DNA of 64,000 nucleotides from Rhizophagus irregularis (Eukaryota): NCBI RefSeq assembly GCF_026210795.1, contig NC_089431.1, positions 1,426,001 to 1,490,000 of the forward strand, read 5' to 3'. Shown piece by piece: positions 63,480 to 64,000 of this stretch (position 1 is its first letter; each line of letters starts with the position of its first letter). The notes under the pieces were generated by a model. It saw only the letters and a program-made list of their open reading frames with translations, ran no database searches and was not told where the DNA came from. The position numbers and the translations under genes were made by a program.

Positions 63480-64000
63480 TTTTATTCATTAATAATATTT
63501 ATTATTATTAGTCGGAGTTTCGGACATTTGATATGAACATTATCATAACAGGATTAGATAGATAGATAAAAGTAGACAAGTAAATTTAGACAAAACATTT
63601 AATAATACAAGTATGTTATGCGATCAAAATTGAAATCAACAAATTTTCTTTAGACATTTGTAAAATACAATAAAAATTTTCATATATAACTTCAAAAACT
63701 TTTACTAATTATCACAAATTAATATAATACAGTCTTGAAAATCGAAACCCTTGGAAATTTTTTTTTAATAAAACGATAATATTAATTAATATATTTAGTA
63801 ATAAATCTTAAACTAATAATTATATACCAATCAAAATAATAATTATAATTAATGGTCGAAGATAGCTTTTTTTTTGCACTGCATTAGTCGCGTGGAACCA
63901 CTGGAGGAATTTCTTGTTTTTGCTGCAATACCTAACGAATAAAGATTCTCGTGGGCATTGCATTTCTATTTTTAGACAAATATAGATTTTATTCACGCCA

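Overview
AT-rich, intron-containing eukaryotic DNA. The gene families (MATA-HMG box, BTB-BACK-TLDc array, SAM/Crinkler-like relics, a U12-type intron) point to an arbuscular mycorrhizal fungus (Glomeromycotina, Rhizophagus-like); this is inferred. The window has two compartments. About 1-43 kb is accessory: an orphan ORF divergent from a MATA-HMG gene, three intact plus three broken BTB-BACK-TLDc genes, three small SAM-domain genes in ~4-kb duplicated units around a decayed Crinkler-like NTPase-nuclease, a secreted pepsin-like protease, a head-to-head pair of F-box pseudogenes (one with a Gag-like C-terminus), and many MITEs and transposon relics. About 43.8-63.5 kb is a compact core block: SEN1, NIC96, URA3, a Hul4-like HECT E3 and an Ime2/MAK-like kinase. 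The strongest leads are patchy hypervariability in the TLDc domains of near-identical paralogs, stand-alone SAM microproteins next to a CRN toxin cassette, an F-box/Gag-capsid-like fusion, and a minor-spliceosome intron in NIC96. All comparisons were made by eye; no searches were run.
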